Position numbers and translations under genes: made by a program. A stretch of 64,000 nucleotides of DNA from an uncultured Chloroflexia bacterium (GTDB lineage Bacteria > Chloroflexota > Limnocylindria > Limnocylindrales > CSP1-4). Where the stretch lies: positions 1-64,000 of the forward strand of contig CAVVCZ010000008.1 in assembly GCA_963746845.1 (NCBI GenBank), read 5' to 3'. The notes beneath the pieces are model-generated. The model saw only the letters and a list, made by a program, of their open reading frames with translations, did no database searches and had not been told where the DNA came from. Shown here in pieces: positions 1 through 10,356 of the stretch (positions within the stretch are counted from its first letter, which is position 1; every line of letters starts with the position of its first letter).

Positions 1-84
1 CACGGCGCCGAGACGTCGCGCCGGGTCGCGTGCCGTCCATCTGCTCACGGCCGCGGATTCGCGCGACGACCTCCGACGGATGAC

Positions 85-1500
85 TCAGAACACCCGGCCG
101 GGGTTCATGATCCCGAGCGGGTCGAGCGCGGTCTTGATCGTCCGCATCACGCCGATCACGTCCTCACCGACCTGGTCGACGAGGGCCTCGCGTCGCGACA
201 ACCCGATGCCGTGCTCCGCGGTCACCGTCCCGCCGAGCGCGATCGCCGCAGCGAAGATCTCGTTCCGGACCGTCTCGGTCAGCTCGGCGGCACGCGGATC
301 GTCGTGGTCGAAGATGAAGTTCGGGTGGAGATTGCCGTCGCCCGCGTGACCGAAGGTCGCGACCCGGACGCCGTGACGATCTGCCGCCTCCTGGATCGCG
401 ACGAGGAGCTCCGGAACGCGACCCCGCGGCACCCCGACGTCCTCCATCCGGACCGTACCCTGCCTTTCGAGCGCCCGGAGCGCGAGGCGCCGGGCCTGCC
501 GGAGCCAGTCGGCCTCGGTCGGGTCCTCGGCACGCACGAGGTTCGTCGCGCCCGCCGTCTCGCACGCAGCGACGGCGGCGTCGAGCTCCGCGGCGGCCGC
601 GGCGGCCGGCAGGTCGCTCTCGACGAGGAGCATCGCCGCGGCGTCCCGATCCAGCCCGAGCTGGAACGCGTCGTCGACGGCCAGGATCGTCTCGTGGTCG
701 AGCAGCTCGAGCGTGACCGGGTGGAGCCCGGCGGCGGTGATCGCCGCGACGCCGTGGCCGGCCGTGGCGAGCGACGGGAAGAACGCGAGGAGCGTCGAGC
801 GCGGCGGTGGCGCGATGTGGAGCCGGAGCGTGGCCTCGGTGATGATCCCGAGCGTGCCCTGCGACCCGACGAACAGGTGGGTGAGGGCATATCCGGCGAC
901 GTCCTTCACGTTCCGACCACCGGTCCGGATCACGCGGCCGTCCGGCAGGACGATCTCCAGCCCGAGGACGCTGTCGCGGGTCTGGCCGTACTTCACGCAG
1001 CACAGCCCGCCGGCGTTCGTCCCGAGGTTCCCACCGATCGAGCAGATCTCGTAGCTCGCGGGATCCGGGGCGTAGAACAGGCCCTCCGCGGCAACCGCGG
1101 CCTTCAGCTCGGCGTTGAGGATCCCCGGCTGGGTGACGACGACGAGATTGGCCCGGTCGATCTCCAGCACGCGGTTCATGCGGGTCAGAGCGATCGTCAG
1201 CCCGCCCTCGATCCCCGCGGCGCCGCCGCTCAGCCCCGACCCGGCCCCGCGTGGTACGACCGGCACGCGATGGCGAGCCGCGAGCCCGACGAGCGCCGAC
1301 ACCTCCGCCGTCGACTCGGGGAGTGCCACCGCGAGCGGCAGGCCGGCGTGGAGATAGGCGGTCTCGTCGTTCCGGTAGGCCTCGCGGTCGATCTCGTCCG
1401 TCAGGAGACGCAGACCGGGCAGCTCCCGGGCGATCGCGTCCAGCAGTGCGCGCCCCGCTTCGGGCGAGATGACGGGAGCGGACGCCGGGCTGGTGGCCAC
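85..1500 (-). CDS. glcD: FAD-linked oxidase, glycolate oxidase GlcD/D-lactate dehydrogenase family
   Basis: VPRGAGSGLSGG FAD motif, PDPAS..CSIGGN, GSQGTLGII, GHAGDGNLH, EHGIG and C-terminal MNPGRVF. Confidence 0.88.
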   Translation of the reverse strand: MATSPASAPVISPEAGRALLDAIARELPGLRLLTDEIDREAYRNDETAYLHAGLPLAVALPESTAEVSALVGLAARHRVPVVPRGAGSGLSGGAAGIEGGLTIALTRMNRVLEIDRANLVVVTQPGILNAELKAAVAAEGLFYAPDPASYEICSIGGNLGTNAGGLCCVKYGQTRDSVLGLEIVLPDGRVIRTGGRNVKDVAGYALTHLFVGSQGTLGIITEATLRLHIAPPPRSTLLAFFPSLATAGHGVAAITAAGLHPVTLELLDHETILAVDDAFQLGLDRDAAAMLLVESDLPAAAAAAELDAAVAACETAGATNLVRAEDPTEADWLRQARRLALRALERQGTVRMEDVGVPRGRVPELLVAIQEAADRHGVRVATFGHAGDGNLHPNFIFDHDDPRAAELTETVRNEIFAAAIALGGTVTAEHGIGLSRREALVDQVGEDVIGVMRTIKTALDPLGIMNPGRVF

Positions 1501-1506
1501 GGGCTC

Positions 1507-1522
1507 AGTCTATCGGTAGGAT
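1507..1522. promoter_or_regulatory. Back-to-back -10 boxes for two divergent leaderless genes
   Basis: TAGACT on - (1507-1512) is 6 nt before GTG 1500; TAGGAT on + (1517-1522) is 6 nt before ATG 1529; the intergenic gap is only 28 bp. Confidence 0.65.
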
Positions 1523-1528
1523 TCCGCG

Positions 1529-2893
1529 ATGACCCGGAGCCGGACGCGCCGACTGGTCGGGATCGCGGCCCTCCTGGCGGCGGCGTTCGTCGTCCTCGCC
1601 ATCCCCGTCGACGCGGCCCGTCGGTCGCCTGCTCGTCTCCCCATGCCGGCGGCGGACGGCGTCCGCGCGGGCACGGTCAACGCCACGAGCATGAACCTGA
1701 CGGCCGAGTACAGCGCGACCGTCCGGCTCGGCTTCGGGACCCGCGCGTTCCGCATCGACGAGGCGATCGTCGTCACGAACACGTCCGGCATCGCCATCGA
1801 CCGTCTCGAGCTGAACACGATCGCGGCCCGTCTCGGTGGCGGGATGCGGATCACGAGTGCGTCGGTCGACGGCGTCGCGGTCCAGCCGACCGTCACCGAC
1901 CAGACGATCCACCTCCCGCTCGGCGGCGTGCTCGACCCGGGGGCCGGGACCGTCGTGCGGCTCCAGTACCGGGCCACCCTGCGGAGCACGACGTCCGGCT
2001 CGAACTGGCTCTTCACGCGCGCGAACGGCATCCTCGAGGCCCATCGCTGGTTGCCGTGGATCAGCACACCGACGGCGTTCAACCGTCCGAACCACGGCGA
2101 CCCGTTCGTGACCGGCGTGAGCCCGAAGGTCCGCGTCACGATCATCAGCGACCGCCGGCTCGTGTACGCGACGACCGGCGAGCAGGTCGCGGGAAGCGGC
2201 CTGAGCCGCACATTCGAGGCGCGCAACGTGCGCGACTTCGCGTTCACCGCGGCCCCGGACTACGCCCTGCGATCGGCCACGGTCGGCGGCGTCGTGGTCC
2301 ATGTCTGGAGCCGCCCGGGGTTCCCCGCGTCGACGGTCCTCGCCGCCGCGAAGTCGGCGCTCGCGAAGGAGGCGGCGCTGCTCGGCGCCTATCCGTACCG
2401 GACGTACGACCTGGCCCAGACCGCCGGCGGCTACGGGATGGAGTCGCCGGGACTGACCTGGATCCCGACCGGCGCCGGAAGCCTGACGTACCTCGTCGCC
2501 CACGAGACCGGCCACCAGTGGTTCTACGGGATCGTCGGCAACGACCAGGCGCGGCAGCCGTTCGCGGACGAGGCGGCGGCCGACTTCGTCGCTCGGTACG
2601 TGACCGGGCTTCGACGCGCGTCGCGCTGCTCGACCGCCCGCCTCGACCTCACGATCTACCAGTATTCGAGCGCCTGCTACTACGAGGACATCTACATCCA
2701 GGGTGGGAACCTGATCGACGACACCCGCAAGGCGATGGGCGCGAGCGCCTTCTGGGCAGCGGTCCGCGACTACCTCGCGACGAACCGCTTCAAGATCACG
2801 ACGACCGAGACCCTCCTCGCGACGCTCGACGCCCATACGCCCCTGAACCTCGGCACGACGCGCTTCGCCTCGCGCTTCCCGAGCATGTACTGA
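1529..2893 (+). CDS. Secreted M1-like (gluzincin) zinc aminopeptidase
   Basis: Signal peptide, GYGMES exopeptidase-like motif, AHETGHQWF (HEXXH) with downstream DE. Confidence 0.8.
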   Translation: MTRSRTRRLVGIAALLAAAFVVLAIPVDAARRSPARLPMPAADGVRAGTVNATSMNLTAEYSATVRLGFGTRAFRIDEAIVVTNTSGIAIDRLELNTIAARLGGGMRITSASVDGVAVQPTVTDQTIHLPLGGVLDPGAGTVVRLQYRATLRSTTSGSNWLFTRANGILEAHRWLPWISTPTAFNRPNHGDPFVTGVSPKVRVTIISDRRLVYATTGEQVAGSGLSRTFEARNVRDFAFTAAPDYALRSATVGGVVVHVWSRPGFPASTVLAAAKSALAKEAALLGAYPYRTYDLAQTAGGYGMESPGLTWIPTGAGSLTYLVAHETGHQWFYGIVGNDQARQPFADEAAADFVARYVTGLRRASRCSTARLDLTIYQYSSACYYEDIYIQGGNLIDDTRKAMGASAFWAAVRDYLATNRFKITTTETLLATLDAHTPLNLGTTRFASRFPSMY

Positions 2894-3009
2894 GGACGCG
2901 CGCCGACCTGTCGGGGATCGGACATCCGCGCGGCGTGGGTCACGTCATCCTGCCGATGCGCGTCTGAACGCCGGCTCGACGAGATCGCCGAGCCAGGCAC
3001 GAGGGACGG

Positions 3010-4341
3010 ATGGACATGAACGAAACGAGAAGGACCGCGGCGCTCGCGGCCGTGATCGGACTCGGGTTGCTCGGCGGCTGCAGCTCGGGCCAGCCCGCGT
3101 CGGCGCCGCCGTCGCCATCCATTGCTCCCGCGCCATCGGTGGGGAGCCCGTCGCCGTCCGCCGCCCCCTCGTCGACCCCGGCGCCAACGCGGACCGCGCC
3201 CCCGTCGGTCGCGCCGAGCCCGTCGGCCGGACCGGTCGCCGGCCAGGCGCCCGATGGCCCGTGGACCGGTCTCACCTGGATCACCGCGGACGCGGCCTTC
3301 CCGAAGCTCGTGCCGAACCCCAGCGAGAACGCCGGGCTCCAGCTGTACGGCTGGAGCCATGGCTACGTCGCGTTCGGCTCCGACGGCGGCCAGGGCTCGA
3401 ACATCACGCCGTCGCTCATCGCGACGTCGTCGACCGACGGGCTCCACTGGACGGCGGCCCGTCCGGTCGACATCGGGGGCGCGAACGACCAGATCACGAT
3501 CGAGCACGTCGATGAAGGCCCCGGCGGCCTGCTGGCCGTCGGCTACTTCCCCCCTGACACCTGCGGCGGGCCTCCGGCGATCGCGGGCCTCTGGAAGTCG
3601 ACCGACGGGACGGCCTGGAAGCACGTCGCGCTGCCCCGGGACATGGTCCGGGGACACGTCGAGAACGTCGCGGGCGGCTCGGCCGGCTACATCGCGACCG
3701 GCAAGCTCAGCAACGGCACGACACCCGGGATCTGGCTGTCGCAGGACGGCACGACCTGGAAGGCCGCCGCGCTGCCGAAGCCGCCGAGCGGGACGCTCGT
3801 CGTCAATGACGGCACGAGCTTCGCGGGCGGGTACGTCCTCGCCGGCGCGGTGATCGGGCCGGAGGGCTGCGGCGGCGCCTCGTCCATCCACCCGGCGGTG
3901 TGGTGGTCCGCCGACGGCACGGCGTGGACTCGCGAGGCCCTCCCGGGCGGCCTGACCAGCAAGAACGCCTCGCTCACCATCCGCCGGCTCAGCGACGACG
4001 AGCTGTACGCCATCGACGGTGCCGGGGACACGCCGAAGGTCTGGATCTCGACGGACGGACGGCACTGGACCCAGATCAGGACGCCGACCGACGAGGCCCT
4101 CTACGGCACGATCGGTGACGGCGAGCGATCGATCGTCGTGGCCGCACCCGACGACAGCGGACCGTTGATCTACAAGGCGGTCAGCGATCAGCTGGACGTC
4201 ACGCCGCTGTCCCCGACGGGCGACGGACCGGTCCAGACGCCCGATTCGATCGGGACGATCAGCGCGGTCGGTCCGACCGGGATCGTCGTCGTCAACGTGG
4301 ACGGATCGAAGCTGTGGCTGGGGGTGCCGAGCGGGACCTAG
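3010..4341 (+). CDS. Hypothetical lipoprotein with Asp-box-like (S.DG..W) repeats, probable beta-propeller
   Basis: Lipobox LGGC, Pro/Ser linker, repeated S(T/Q/A)DG..W motifs. Confidence 0.7.
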   Translation: MDMNETRRTAALAAVIGLGLLGGCSSGQPASAPPSPSIAPAPSVGSPSPSAAPSSTPAPTRTAPPSVAPSPSAGPVAGQAPDGPWTGLTWITADAAFPKLVPNPSENAGLQLYGWSHGYVAFGSDGGQGSNITPSLIATSSTDGLHWTAARPVDIGGANDQITIEHVDEGPGGLLAVGYFPPDTCGGPPAIAGLWKSTDGTAWKHVALPRDMVRGHVENVAGGSAGYIATGKLSNGTTPGIWLSQDGTTWKAAALPKPPSGTLVVNDGTSFAGGYVLAGAVIGPEGCGGASSIHPAVWWSADGTAWTREALPGGLTSKNASLTIRRLSDDELYAIDGAGDTPKVWISTDGRHWTQIRTPTDEALYGTIGDGERSIVVAAPDDSGPLIYKAVSDQLDVTPLSPTGDGPVQTPDSIGTISAVGPTGIVVVNVDGSKLWLGVPSGT

Positions 4342-5164
4342 CGGCAAGGGCGACCCGGCGGTCCGCGGCGCGGGCCTGGGGCATCTGGCGGAAGGGCTCC
4401 GGGAGGGCAGGCCGCCAGGCCCGCCAGCCGGCGACGAGCCACGCGGCGACGGCACGTTCGAACGGGCCCCAGCGCAGACCGTACGCCTCGCGGATCGAGG
4501 CCGGGAGCAGCCCGATCGAGGGCCAGAGCGTCCAGGCGTACAGGGCGGCCGGCACCCCGTTCAGCGCGGGGATCACCGGCCCGAGCGGTGGGTGGAGAAC
4601 GGCGTCGCCGAGCTCCCGCGCGACGGGCCCGACCCGGACCGGACCGGACGGGGCCATGGAGTCGGCGAGGTAGGCCTCGAACGCGTCCACGTCCGCGGGC
4701 AGGAGGGCAGCCGGGATCCCGAACGCCCGCCCGATCGGCAGCGTCTCCGCGTAATACCGCGCCCGTCGTTCCCGGCCGAGAGGCTCGAGCCATGCGTCCG
4801 CGACGACGATCGTCGAGTCGACGAGGGTGGCGTGGACCCACAGCGAGAGCTCCGGGTCGCGGGCGCGGTAGGTCGGGCCGGTGATCGTCCGGTGGAGCCC
4901 GTTCAGACGACGGATCTCCGCGCGTGCCGCCGTCCCCGTCCCGTAGACGATCCGGAGATAGCTCCGCAGCGTGCCCTGGAGCCGGGCCCACGGGTCGGCC
5001 CGGAAGTCGCTGTGGTCGGCCACGCCCGCGGCCACCAGGGGATGGGCCAGCTGGAGGAGCAGTGCCCGCGGCCCCGCCCCGAGGAGGAGCATCGCCTCAC
5101 GGTTCAGTGCCCACGCCTCCGAGCCCGGACCGTACAGTCCGCGGGCGTCGTCGGGATCGGCCAT
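4292..5164 (-). CDS. Oxygenase MpaB/rubber-oxygenase-like (DUF2236) protein
   Basis: ALLLQLAHPLVAAGVADHSDF..DPWARL..T, Y.ARDPEL.LWVHATLVDS; ATG at 5164 (MADPDD). Confidence 0.85.
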   Translation of the reverse strand: MADPDDARGLYGPGSEAWALNREAMLLLGAGPRALLLQLAHPLVAAGVADHSDFRADPWARLQGTLRSYLRIVYGTGTAARAEIRRLNGLHRTITGPTYRARDPELSLWVHATLVDSTIVVADAWLEPLGRERRARYYAETLPIGRAFGIPAALLPADVDAFEAYLADSMAPSGPVRVGPVARELGDAVLHPPLGPVIPALNGVPAALYAWTLWPSIGLLPASIREAYGLRWGPFERAVAAWLVAGWRAWRPALPEPFRQMPQARAADRRVALAARSRSAPPATASIRPR

Positions 5165-5214
5165 CCGTTGCGCTGTCACGTGCCGCGCTCGCCGAGGGGC
5201 GGCGACGAGGAACC

Positions 5215-5865
5215 CTAGTCGTCCTCGTCGTCGCCGCGCCGGTCGACCACCCACCATGCCGCCGGGAACGCGGCCGCGGCCAGGAGCAGCTTCACGATGT
5301 CGCCGACGATGAAGGGCGTGACGCCGAGCTTGATGCCCGTGGCCAGGTCGACGTCGAGCACCGCCATCAGCCACGGCACGCCGACGAGGTAGATCACGAC
5401 GTTGCCGATCGCCATCGCCGCCAGCGCGCCGAGCACCCGGCGATCCCAGCCCAGCTCCGCGAGCCGGCCGACCACCGCCCCGGCGAGGATGAACCCGACG
5501 AGATAGCCGCCGGTCGCGCCGAGGATCACCCCGACCCCGCCCTTGCCCTCGGCGAAGAACGGGAAGCCGATCAGGCCGATCAGGACGTACAGGGCAACGC
5601 TCGCGACCCCGCGCCGCGAGCCGAGCGCCCCGCCCACGAGCAGGACGCCGAACGTCTGTCCCGTGACCGGCACCGGCGAGCCCGGAACGGGGAACGTGAT
5701 CCGCGCGCAGAGGTAGATGATCAATGACCCGAGGACGATGAGCGCGACGTGGCGGAACCGGGCGCTGATCCGCTCGCCGACCCCGATCGGGACGAGGAAG
5801 TCGGCGATGGTGAGCCCGCGCTCCTCGGCCGGCAGCCGGTTCAGGCGGGGCGTGGCAAAGGTCAT
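5215..5865 (-). CDS. bioY: Biotin transporter BioY
   Basis: PVPVTGQTFGVLL.G..LG..RG..S..LY..IG..G.PFFA..GG......TGGYL.GF, PFIVGDIVK; SD GGAGGGAG. Confidence 0.92.
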   Translation of the reverse strand: MTFATPRLNRLPAEERGLTIADFLVPIGVGERISARFRHVALIVLGSLIIYLCARITFPVPGSPVPVTGQTFGVLLVGGALGSRRGVASVALYVLIGLIGFPFFAEGKGGVGVILGATGGYLVGFILAGAVVGRLAELGWDRRVLGALAAMAIGNVVIYLVGVPWLMAVLDVDLATGIKLGVTPFIVGDIVKLLLAAAAFPAAWWVVDRRGDDEDD

Positions 5866-5953
5866 CGAGTGACGGCTCCCTCCGTCGGCGCGGGCCCGGT
5901 GCTGGGAAACCGGGCGGGGTCCGGGCGGCGGCGGCCCGAGTCTACCATCGGCC

Positions 5954-8461
5954 TCATTCGCGCCGGACAGCGGAGGCGATCGCGAGACGGCTCGCGAGGC
6001 GGGCCGGGTACCAGGCCGCGAGCATCGACACGCCCACCCCGAGGACGACCGCGGCGGCGATCGTGAGCCACGGCACGTCGGCGATGAGCCGGCCGCCACC
6101 CGCCAGCCCGGTGAGGATCGCCGCGGCGATCAGCCCGGTCACGATCCCGAGCGCCGCACCCACGAGCCCGAGGATCCCGGCCTCCACGACCACCGTCCGG
6201 CGCACCTGCCCGCGGGTCATCCCGGCCGCCCGGAGCACGCCGAGCTCGCGGACCCGCTCCAGGACGCTCACCGTCAGCGTGTTGACGATCCCGAGCGCGG
6301 CGACGATGACGGCGATGATCGCGAGCGCGTCGAACAGCCCGAAGACCTGGGCGAGCGCGTCGTCGACGGCCCCGGCGACGCTCTCGAGCGGCGTCGGCTC
6401 CAGCGCGGACTCCCGGGCGAGCTGGTCGACCGCGGGCCGGGCCGTCGCCTCGGCGCCGGGGTCGTAGCGGACCGCGAGCAGGTCCGCGCCCTCGACCCCG
6501 AAGACGTTCGTCGCGTCGGGCCAGCCGATCAGCACGGCCTCCCCCACCGACCCCGGCAGGGACCGCTCGACGATCCCCGCCACCCGCAGGTCCGCGACCT
6601 TGCCGCCGCCGACGGCGAGCGTGAGCGTCGAGCCGACCGTGAGGCCCGTCCGGTCCGCGATCGCCTCCGGCAGGATCGCGACCCCGCCCCGGTCGAGACC
6701 GGCCAGCGCCGCGTCGCGATCGCCGACGACGAAGCGCAACCGGCCGTCCGCCGCCAGGTCCGAGCCCCGCACCGCGGCGGCCTCCAGCCGGACGCCGTCG
6801 CGGGCGACATCGAACGTCGCGATCGGGCTGACGCGCGTGACGCCGTCGATCGCGGCCACGTCGCCGATGACGGACTCGTCGAGCGCGATCGGCCGGATCG
6901 ACGTCAGCAGCTCGTCGCCGGGGATGACCTCGCTGAGCCATGCCGACGCCGCGAGCCGTGACTGGTGGGCGACCGCGCCGACGGCGACGACCATCGCCAG
7001 CCCGATCGCCAGCCCACCGACCGTCAGCGTCGTCCGGCTCCGGTCGCGGGCGATCGCGGCCCGGGCGAGCCGCTCCTCCGGCCGGAACAGGACGCGGAAC
7101 GGGAGGCCCGCCAGCCGGCTGAGGGCCCCGAGCACGGCCGGCGCGAGGAGGACCGCCGCGAACAGGACGAGATAGATGAGCGCCGAGCGGACGAGACCCT
7201 CCGGGCCCAGGTCGCGCGGCCAGACGAGCAGCCCGGCCAGCCCGACCGCCACGAAGACGGCGACGAGCCAGCGCAGACGGGCACGGCGCGAGGCGGCCGG
7301 GTCGCTCCGCTCGCGGAGAACCTCGACCGGCGGGATCGCGCCGGCCCGGCGGGCGGGCTCGAGACCGGCCGCGACCGTCACGGCCAGCCCGATGACGGCG
7401 ATCGCGACGATCGACAGCACCTCAGGGTCCACCCGCTCGAACGGGATCGCGGCCACCGAGCGGAGCTCGATGGCCATCAGCTCGGCGAGGACAAAGCCCA
7501 GGGCGAGCCCGAGCAGGGCGCCGAGGATCCCGAGGGCCACCGCCTGGGCGACGACGAACCCGACGAGCTGGCGCCGCGTGGCGCCGGCCGCCCGGAGCAG
7601 GCCGAGCTCCCGGATCCGCTCGGTCACGGTCATCGACAGCGTGTTGAAGATCAGGAACGCACCGACGAACAGCGCCACCGCGGAGATCAGGGCCGTGGTG
7701 GCCCGGAAGTCCGCCGTCGAGCTGCGCAGCGACGTGCCGATCTCGCCGGGCGACGACAGCACGTACGGCTGCCCGGTCAGCGCGACCCCGATGGCGTCGG
7801 CGACGTTCTCGGGCGTCGCCCCCTCGCCGGCGATCACGTCGACGCGGCTCACGGTGTCGTCGCCCAGGAGCCGCTGCATCGCCGCCAGCGGCAGGACCAC
7901 GGTGCGCCCACCGCTCCCGACCATCGGCCCGTCCCCCGCCAGGATCCCGACGATCGGCACGGCGGCCGGGCCGTCCGGTCCGAGGACCGTCACGACCCCA
8001 CCGAGGGCCAGGTCGTCGCTGTCCGCGAGGGTCTGGGTGACGAGCGCCCCGTCGGCGTCCGGTCCACCGAGCGGAGCGCCCGACGACAGCACGAGATCCC
8101 GGACCTGCGCCTCCGGCCCCGGATCGACGCCGAGGAGCGTCACCGGTGCGGCAGGCGTCGGTCCCTCGGCGACTCCGCTGAGATACGTCCGCTTCTGGAG
8201 CGCCGGCGCCGCGACGACGACGCCCGGCGCGCCCTCGATCGCGGCGAGGCTGTCGGCCCCGAGCCCGGTCGGGCCGAACGCCTCGACCCGCAGGTCCGCC
8301 CGCCCGACGAGGTCGCTGACCGTCCGGTCGATCGCGGCGGTGATGCCGGCGTCGGTCGCGAGCGACGCGTACAGGACCGCGACCCCGAGCGCGACCCCGA
8401 CGATCGAGAGGAGCGTCCGCCCGCGCCGTGCCCCGAGGCTCCGGAACGCCAGCGAGATCAA
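5954..8461 (-). CDS. FtsX-like/MacB-type ABC transporter permease (duplicated FtsX domains)
   Basis: Two ER.RELG.LRAAG.TR.Q motifs, multiple TM segments. Confidence 0.88.
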   Translation of the reverse strand: MISLAFRSLGARRGRTLLSIVGVALGVAVLYASLATDAGITAAIDRTVSDLVGRADLRVEAFGPTGLGADSLAAIEGAPGVVVAAPALQKRTYLSGVAEGPTPAAPVTLLGVDPGPEAQVRDLVLSSGAPLGGPDADGALVTQTLADSDDLALGGVVTVLGPDGPAAVPIVGILAGDGPMVGSGGRTVVLPLAAMQRLLGDDTVSRVDVIAGEGATPENVADAIGVALTGQPYVLSSPGEIGTSLRSSTADFRATTALISAVALFVGAFLIFNTLSMTVTERIRELGLLRAAGATRRQLVGFVVAQAVALGILGALLGLALGFVLAELMAIELRSVAAIPFERVDPEVLSIVAIAVIGLAVTVAAGLEPARRAGAIPPVEVLRERSDPAASRRARLRWLVAVFVAVGLAGLLVWPRDLGPEGLVRSALIYLVLFAAVLLAPAVLGALSRLAGLPFRVLFRPEERLARAAIARDRSRTTLTVGGLAIGLAMVVAVGAVAHQSRLAASAWLSEVIPGDELLTSIRPIALDESVIGDVAAIDGVTRVSPIATFDVARDGVRLEAAAVRGSDLAADGRLRFVVGDRDAALAGLDRGGVAILPEAIADRTGLTVGSTLTLAVGGGKVADLRVAGIVERSLPGSVGEAVLIGWPDATNVFGVEGADLLAVRYDPGAEATARPAVDQLARESALEPTPLESVAGAVDDALAQVFGLFDALAIIAVIVAALGIVNTLTVSVLERVRELGVLRAAGMTRGQVRRTVVVEAGILGLVGAALGIVTGLIAAAILTGLAGGGRLIADVPWLTIAAAVVLGVGVSMLAAWYPARLASRLAIASAVRRE

Positions 8462-8474
8462 CCCTGGGTCCCGC

Positions 8475-9227
8475 TCAGAGCCCGAGCTCCGCGAGGCGAC
8501 TCACGAGGGGCGTTGTGTCGTGGTCGGCGCGCCGGCCGAGGGTGATCTGGTCGCGGATCCGGCCGTCGCTGATCACGAGGACGCGGTCCGCGTAGGCGGC
8601 CGCCTTCGAATCGTGGGTCACGAGCACGACCGTCTGGTGGCGTTCGACGCACGATCGGAAGAGGGCCTCGAGGATCTCCGTGCCGGTCGTGTAGTCGAGG
8701 TTGCCCGTCGGCTCGTCCGCGAAGAGCAGCGCCGGCCGGGTCACGAGCGCCCGGGCGATCGCGACCCGCTGCTGCTCACCGGCCGACAGCTGGTCCGGCT
8801 TGTGGTGCTCCTTTCCGGCGAGATCGACGAGGGCGACGACGTCCCGGATCCGCTCGGACAGCTCGCCCTTGCTCGGATCGGACCCCGCGATCGTGAACGG
8901 CAGGCCGATGTTCTCGGTGACGTCGAGGAGCGGGATCAGGTTGAACGACTGGAACACGAACCCGGTCCGGTCGCGGCGGAGCTTCGTCGCGGCGTCGTCG
9001 TCGAGCTGGCTGATCGTCTCGCCCTGGAGGATCACCTCCCCGGAGGTCGGTCGATCGAGGCCGCCGAGCAGCTGGAGGAGGGTCGACTTGCCGGAGCCGG
9101 ACGGCCCCATCAGGGCGACGAACTCGCCCTCGCCGACGCTGAGCGAGACGCCCCGCAGGGCGTCCACGGTGGTCGCTCCCAGCCGGTAGCGCTTGGCGAG
9201 GTTGCGTGCCTCGAGGATCACGGCCAT
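8475..9227 (-). CDS. ABC transporter ATP-binding protein (LolD/MacB-like)
   Basis: [37 protein letters not shown]. Confidence 0.93.
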   Translation of the reverse strand: MAVILEARNLAKRYRLGATTVDALRGVSLSVGEGEFVALMGPSGSGKSTLLQLLGGLDRPTSGEVILQGETISQLDDDAATKLRRDRTGFVFQSFNLIPLLDVTENIGLPFTIAGSDPSKGELSERIRDVVALVDLAGKEHHKPDQLSAGEQQRVAIARALVTRPALLFADEPTGNLDYTTGTEILEALFRSCVERHQTVVLVTHDSKAAAYADRVLVISDGRIRDQITLGRRADHDTTPLVSRLAELGL

Positions 9228-9286
9228 CTCGATCGAGTGTAGCCGTGCGACACGGGCCGGCGGAGTTCCGCGCGTCCCACCGCTCG

Positions 9287-10255
9287 TCAGTTACCCAGGT
9301 AGGAGCCCGTCACGCCGGACACGACCGCCTCGAGAAGGCCCGGGCTTGTGCCCGGGTCCACGACGCGCAGCCCGGCCTCGGACGTGCCCGGCCGGGCATC
9401 CCGGACCGTCGTCGCGGTCGTGCCGTCCCCGGTCCCGGATCCATCACCCGATCCGGTGCCGTCCGTCGCGCCTGCTCCGGGGTCACCGGTGTCCTCCGGA
9501 CCCGAGGCGATCGGCGGCGTAAGGGTCGGGGCGGTGTCGGCCGACGGCGACGCGGACGGCGGAGCCACGGCGGGCTTCGGGGTCGGCTTGGGCTTCGCGG
9601 CCGGCTTCGGGGTCGGGCGCGGCGTCACGACCGGCTTCGGCTTCGGCTTCGCGGTCGGCTTCGGGGTCGACGGCGGGCTCGTCGCCCCGCACCGGTCGGC
9701 GAACAGGACCGTCCACATCTTCTTGCCGTCGGGGCCCTTGTAGGCGCCGATCCCGATCACGTCCCAGGCCTTCCCGAGGATGTTCGCGCGGTGGCCGGAC
9801 GAGTTCATGAATGCCTGCTGGATCTCGGCCGTCGCCTGGTCATCGGGATACGTGTTCCAGCCGATGTTCTCGCCGGCGATCTTGTAGCAGTAGCCCTTCG
9901 AGTCGAGGATGTTGAACACGCTGTGGCCGTCGGGCGGGATGCTGTGGCTGAAGTAGTCCCGGACGATCATGTCCTTGCTGCGCGCGCGGGCGATCGTGGT
10001 CAGGGTCGAGTCCACCTTCAGCGACTTCAGCCCGGCCGAGGCGCGGGCCTGGTTCGTCAGGCTCACGAGCTGCTTCTCCGAGCTCGAGCTGAACGAGTTC
10101 GGCGACCACGCAAGGGTCGGGCTCGGCGACGCCAGCAGCCCGATCGAGGTCAGCCCGAACGCCAGCGCGACCATGACGATGAACCGGCGCGGCTCGCGTC
10201 GGACGTCCGGCCGGAGGTCGATCTGCGGGTTCGCTCGGGCGGGGGCGAGGATCAT
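9287..10255 (-). CDS. Secreted CAP/SCP-domain protein with Pro/Lys-rich linker
   Basis: Signal peptide, LTNQAR, YFSHS, GENIG, FMNSSGHRANIL, IGIG; PKPTPKP repeats. Confidence 0.88.
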   Translation of the reverse strand: MILAPARANPQIDLRPDVRREPRRFIVMVALAFGLTSIGLLASPSPTLAWSPNSFSSSSEKQLVSLTNQARASAGLKSLKVDSTLTTIARARSKDMIVRDYFSHSIPPDGHSVFNILDSKGYCYKIAGENIGWNTYPDDQATAEIQQAFMNSSGHRANILGKAWDVIGIGAYKGPDGKKMWTVLFADRCGATSPPSTPKPTAKPKPKPVVTPRPTPKPAAKPKPTPKPAVAPPSASPSADTAPTLTPPIASGPEDTGDPGAGATDGTGSGDGSGTGDGTTATTVRDARPGTSEAGLRVVDPGTSPGLLEAVVSGVTGSYLGN

Positions 10256-10356
10256 CGACGGTTCGGTCTCGTGCGAATCGCCGGCTGGGGATCCGGCGTC
10301 GTTCGACCGTAGACACGGACCGCCGCGGAGTCCGCGGGGCGATGGTCCCGAGACCG
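10256..10356 (-). ncRNA. Candidate structured 5' leader, copy 1 (shared with the M23 gene leader)
   Basis: Closing stem CGGTCTCG/CGAGACCG, two internal hairpins, junction GTGTCTACGGTCGAACG, 3' TTCGCACGA. Confidence 0.5.

Noticed and set aside
211-2967. Long alternative-frame ORFs (e.g. 211-2967, 7176-9242, 46947-49331, and the 5' part of 38762-42463)
   Set aside because: Arg/Pro/Gly-rich shadow ORFs of real genes, expected in high-GC DNA; no recognisable motifs
10338-10350. Fluoride riboswitch-like GGCGATGG
   Set aside because: It is on the antisense strand relative to the adjacent gene and lacks the rest of the consensus
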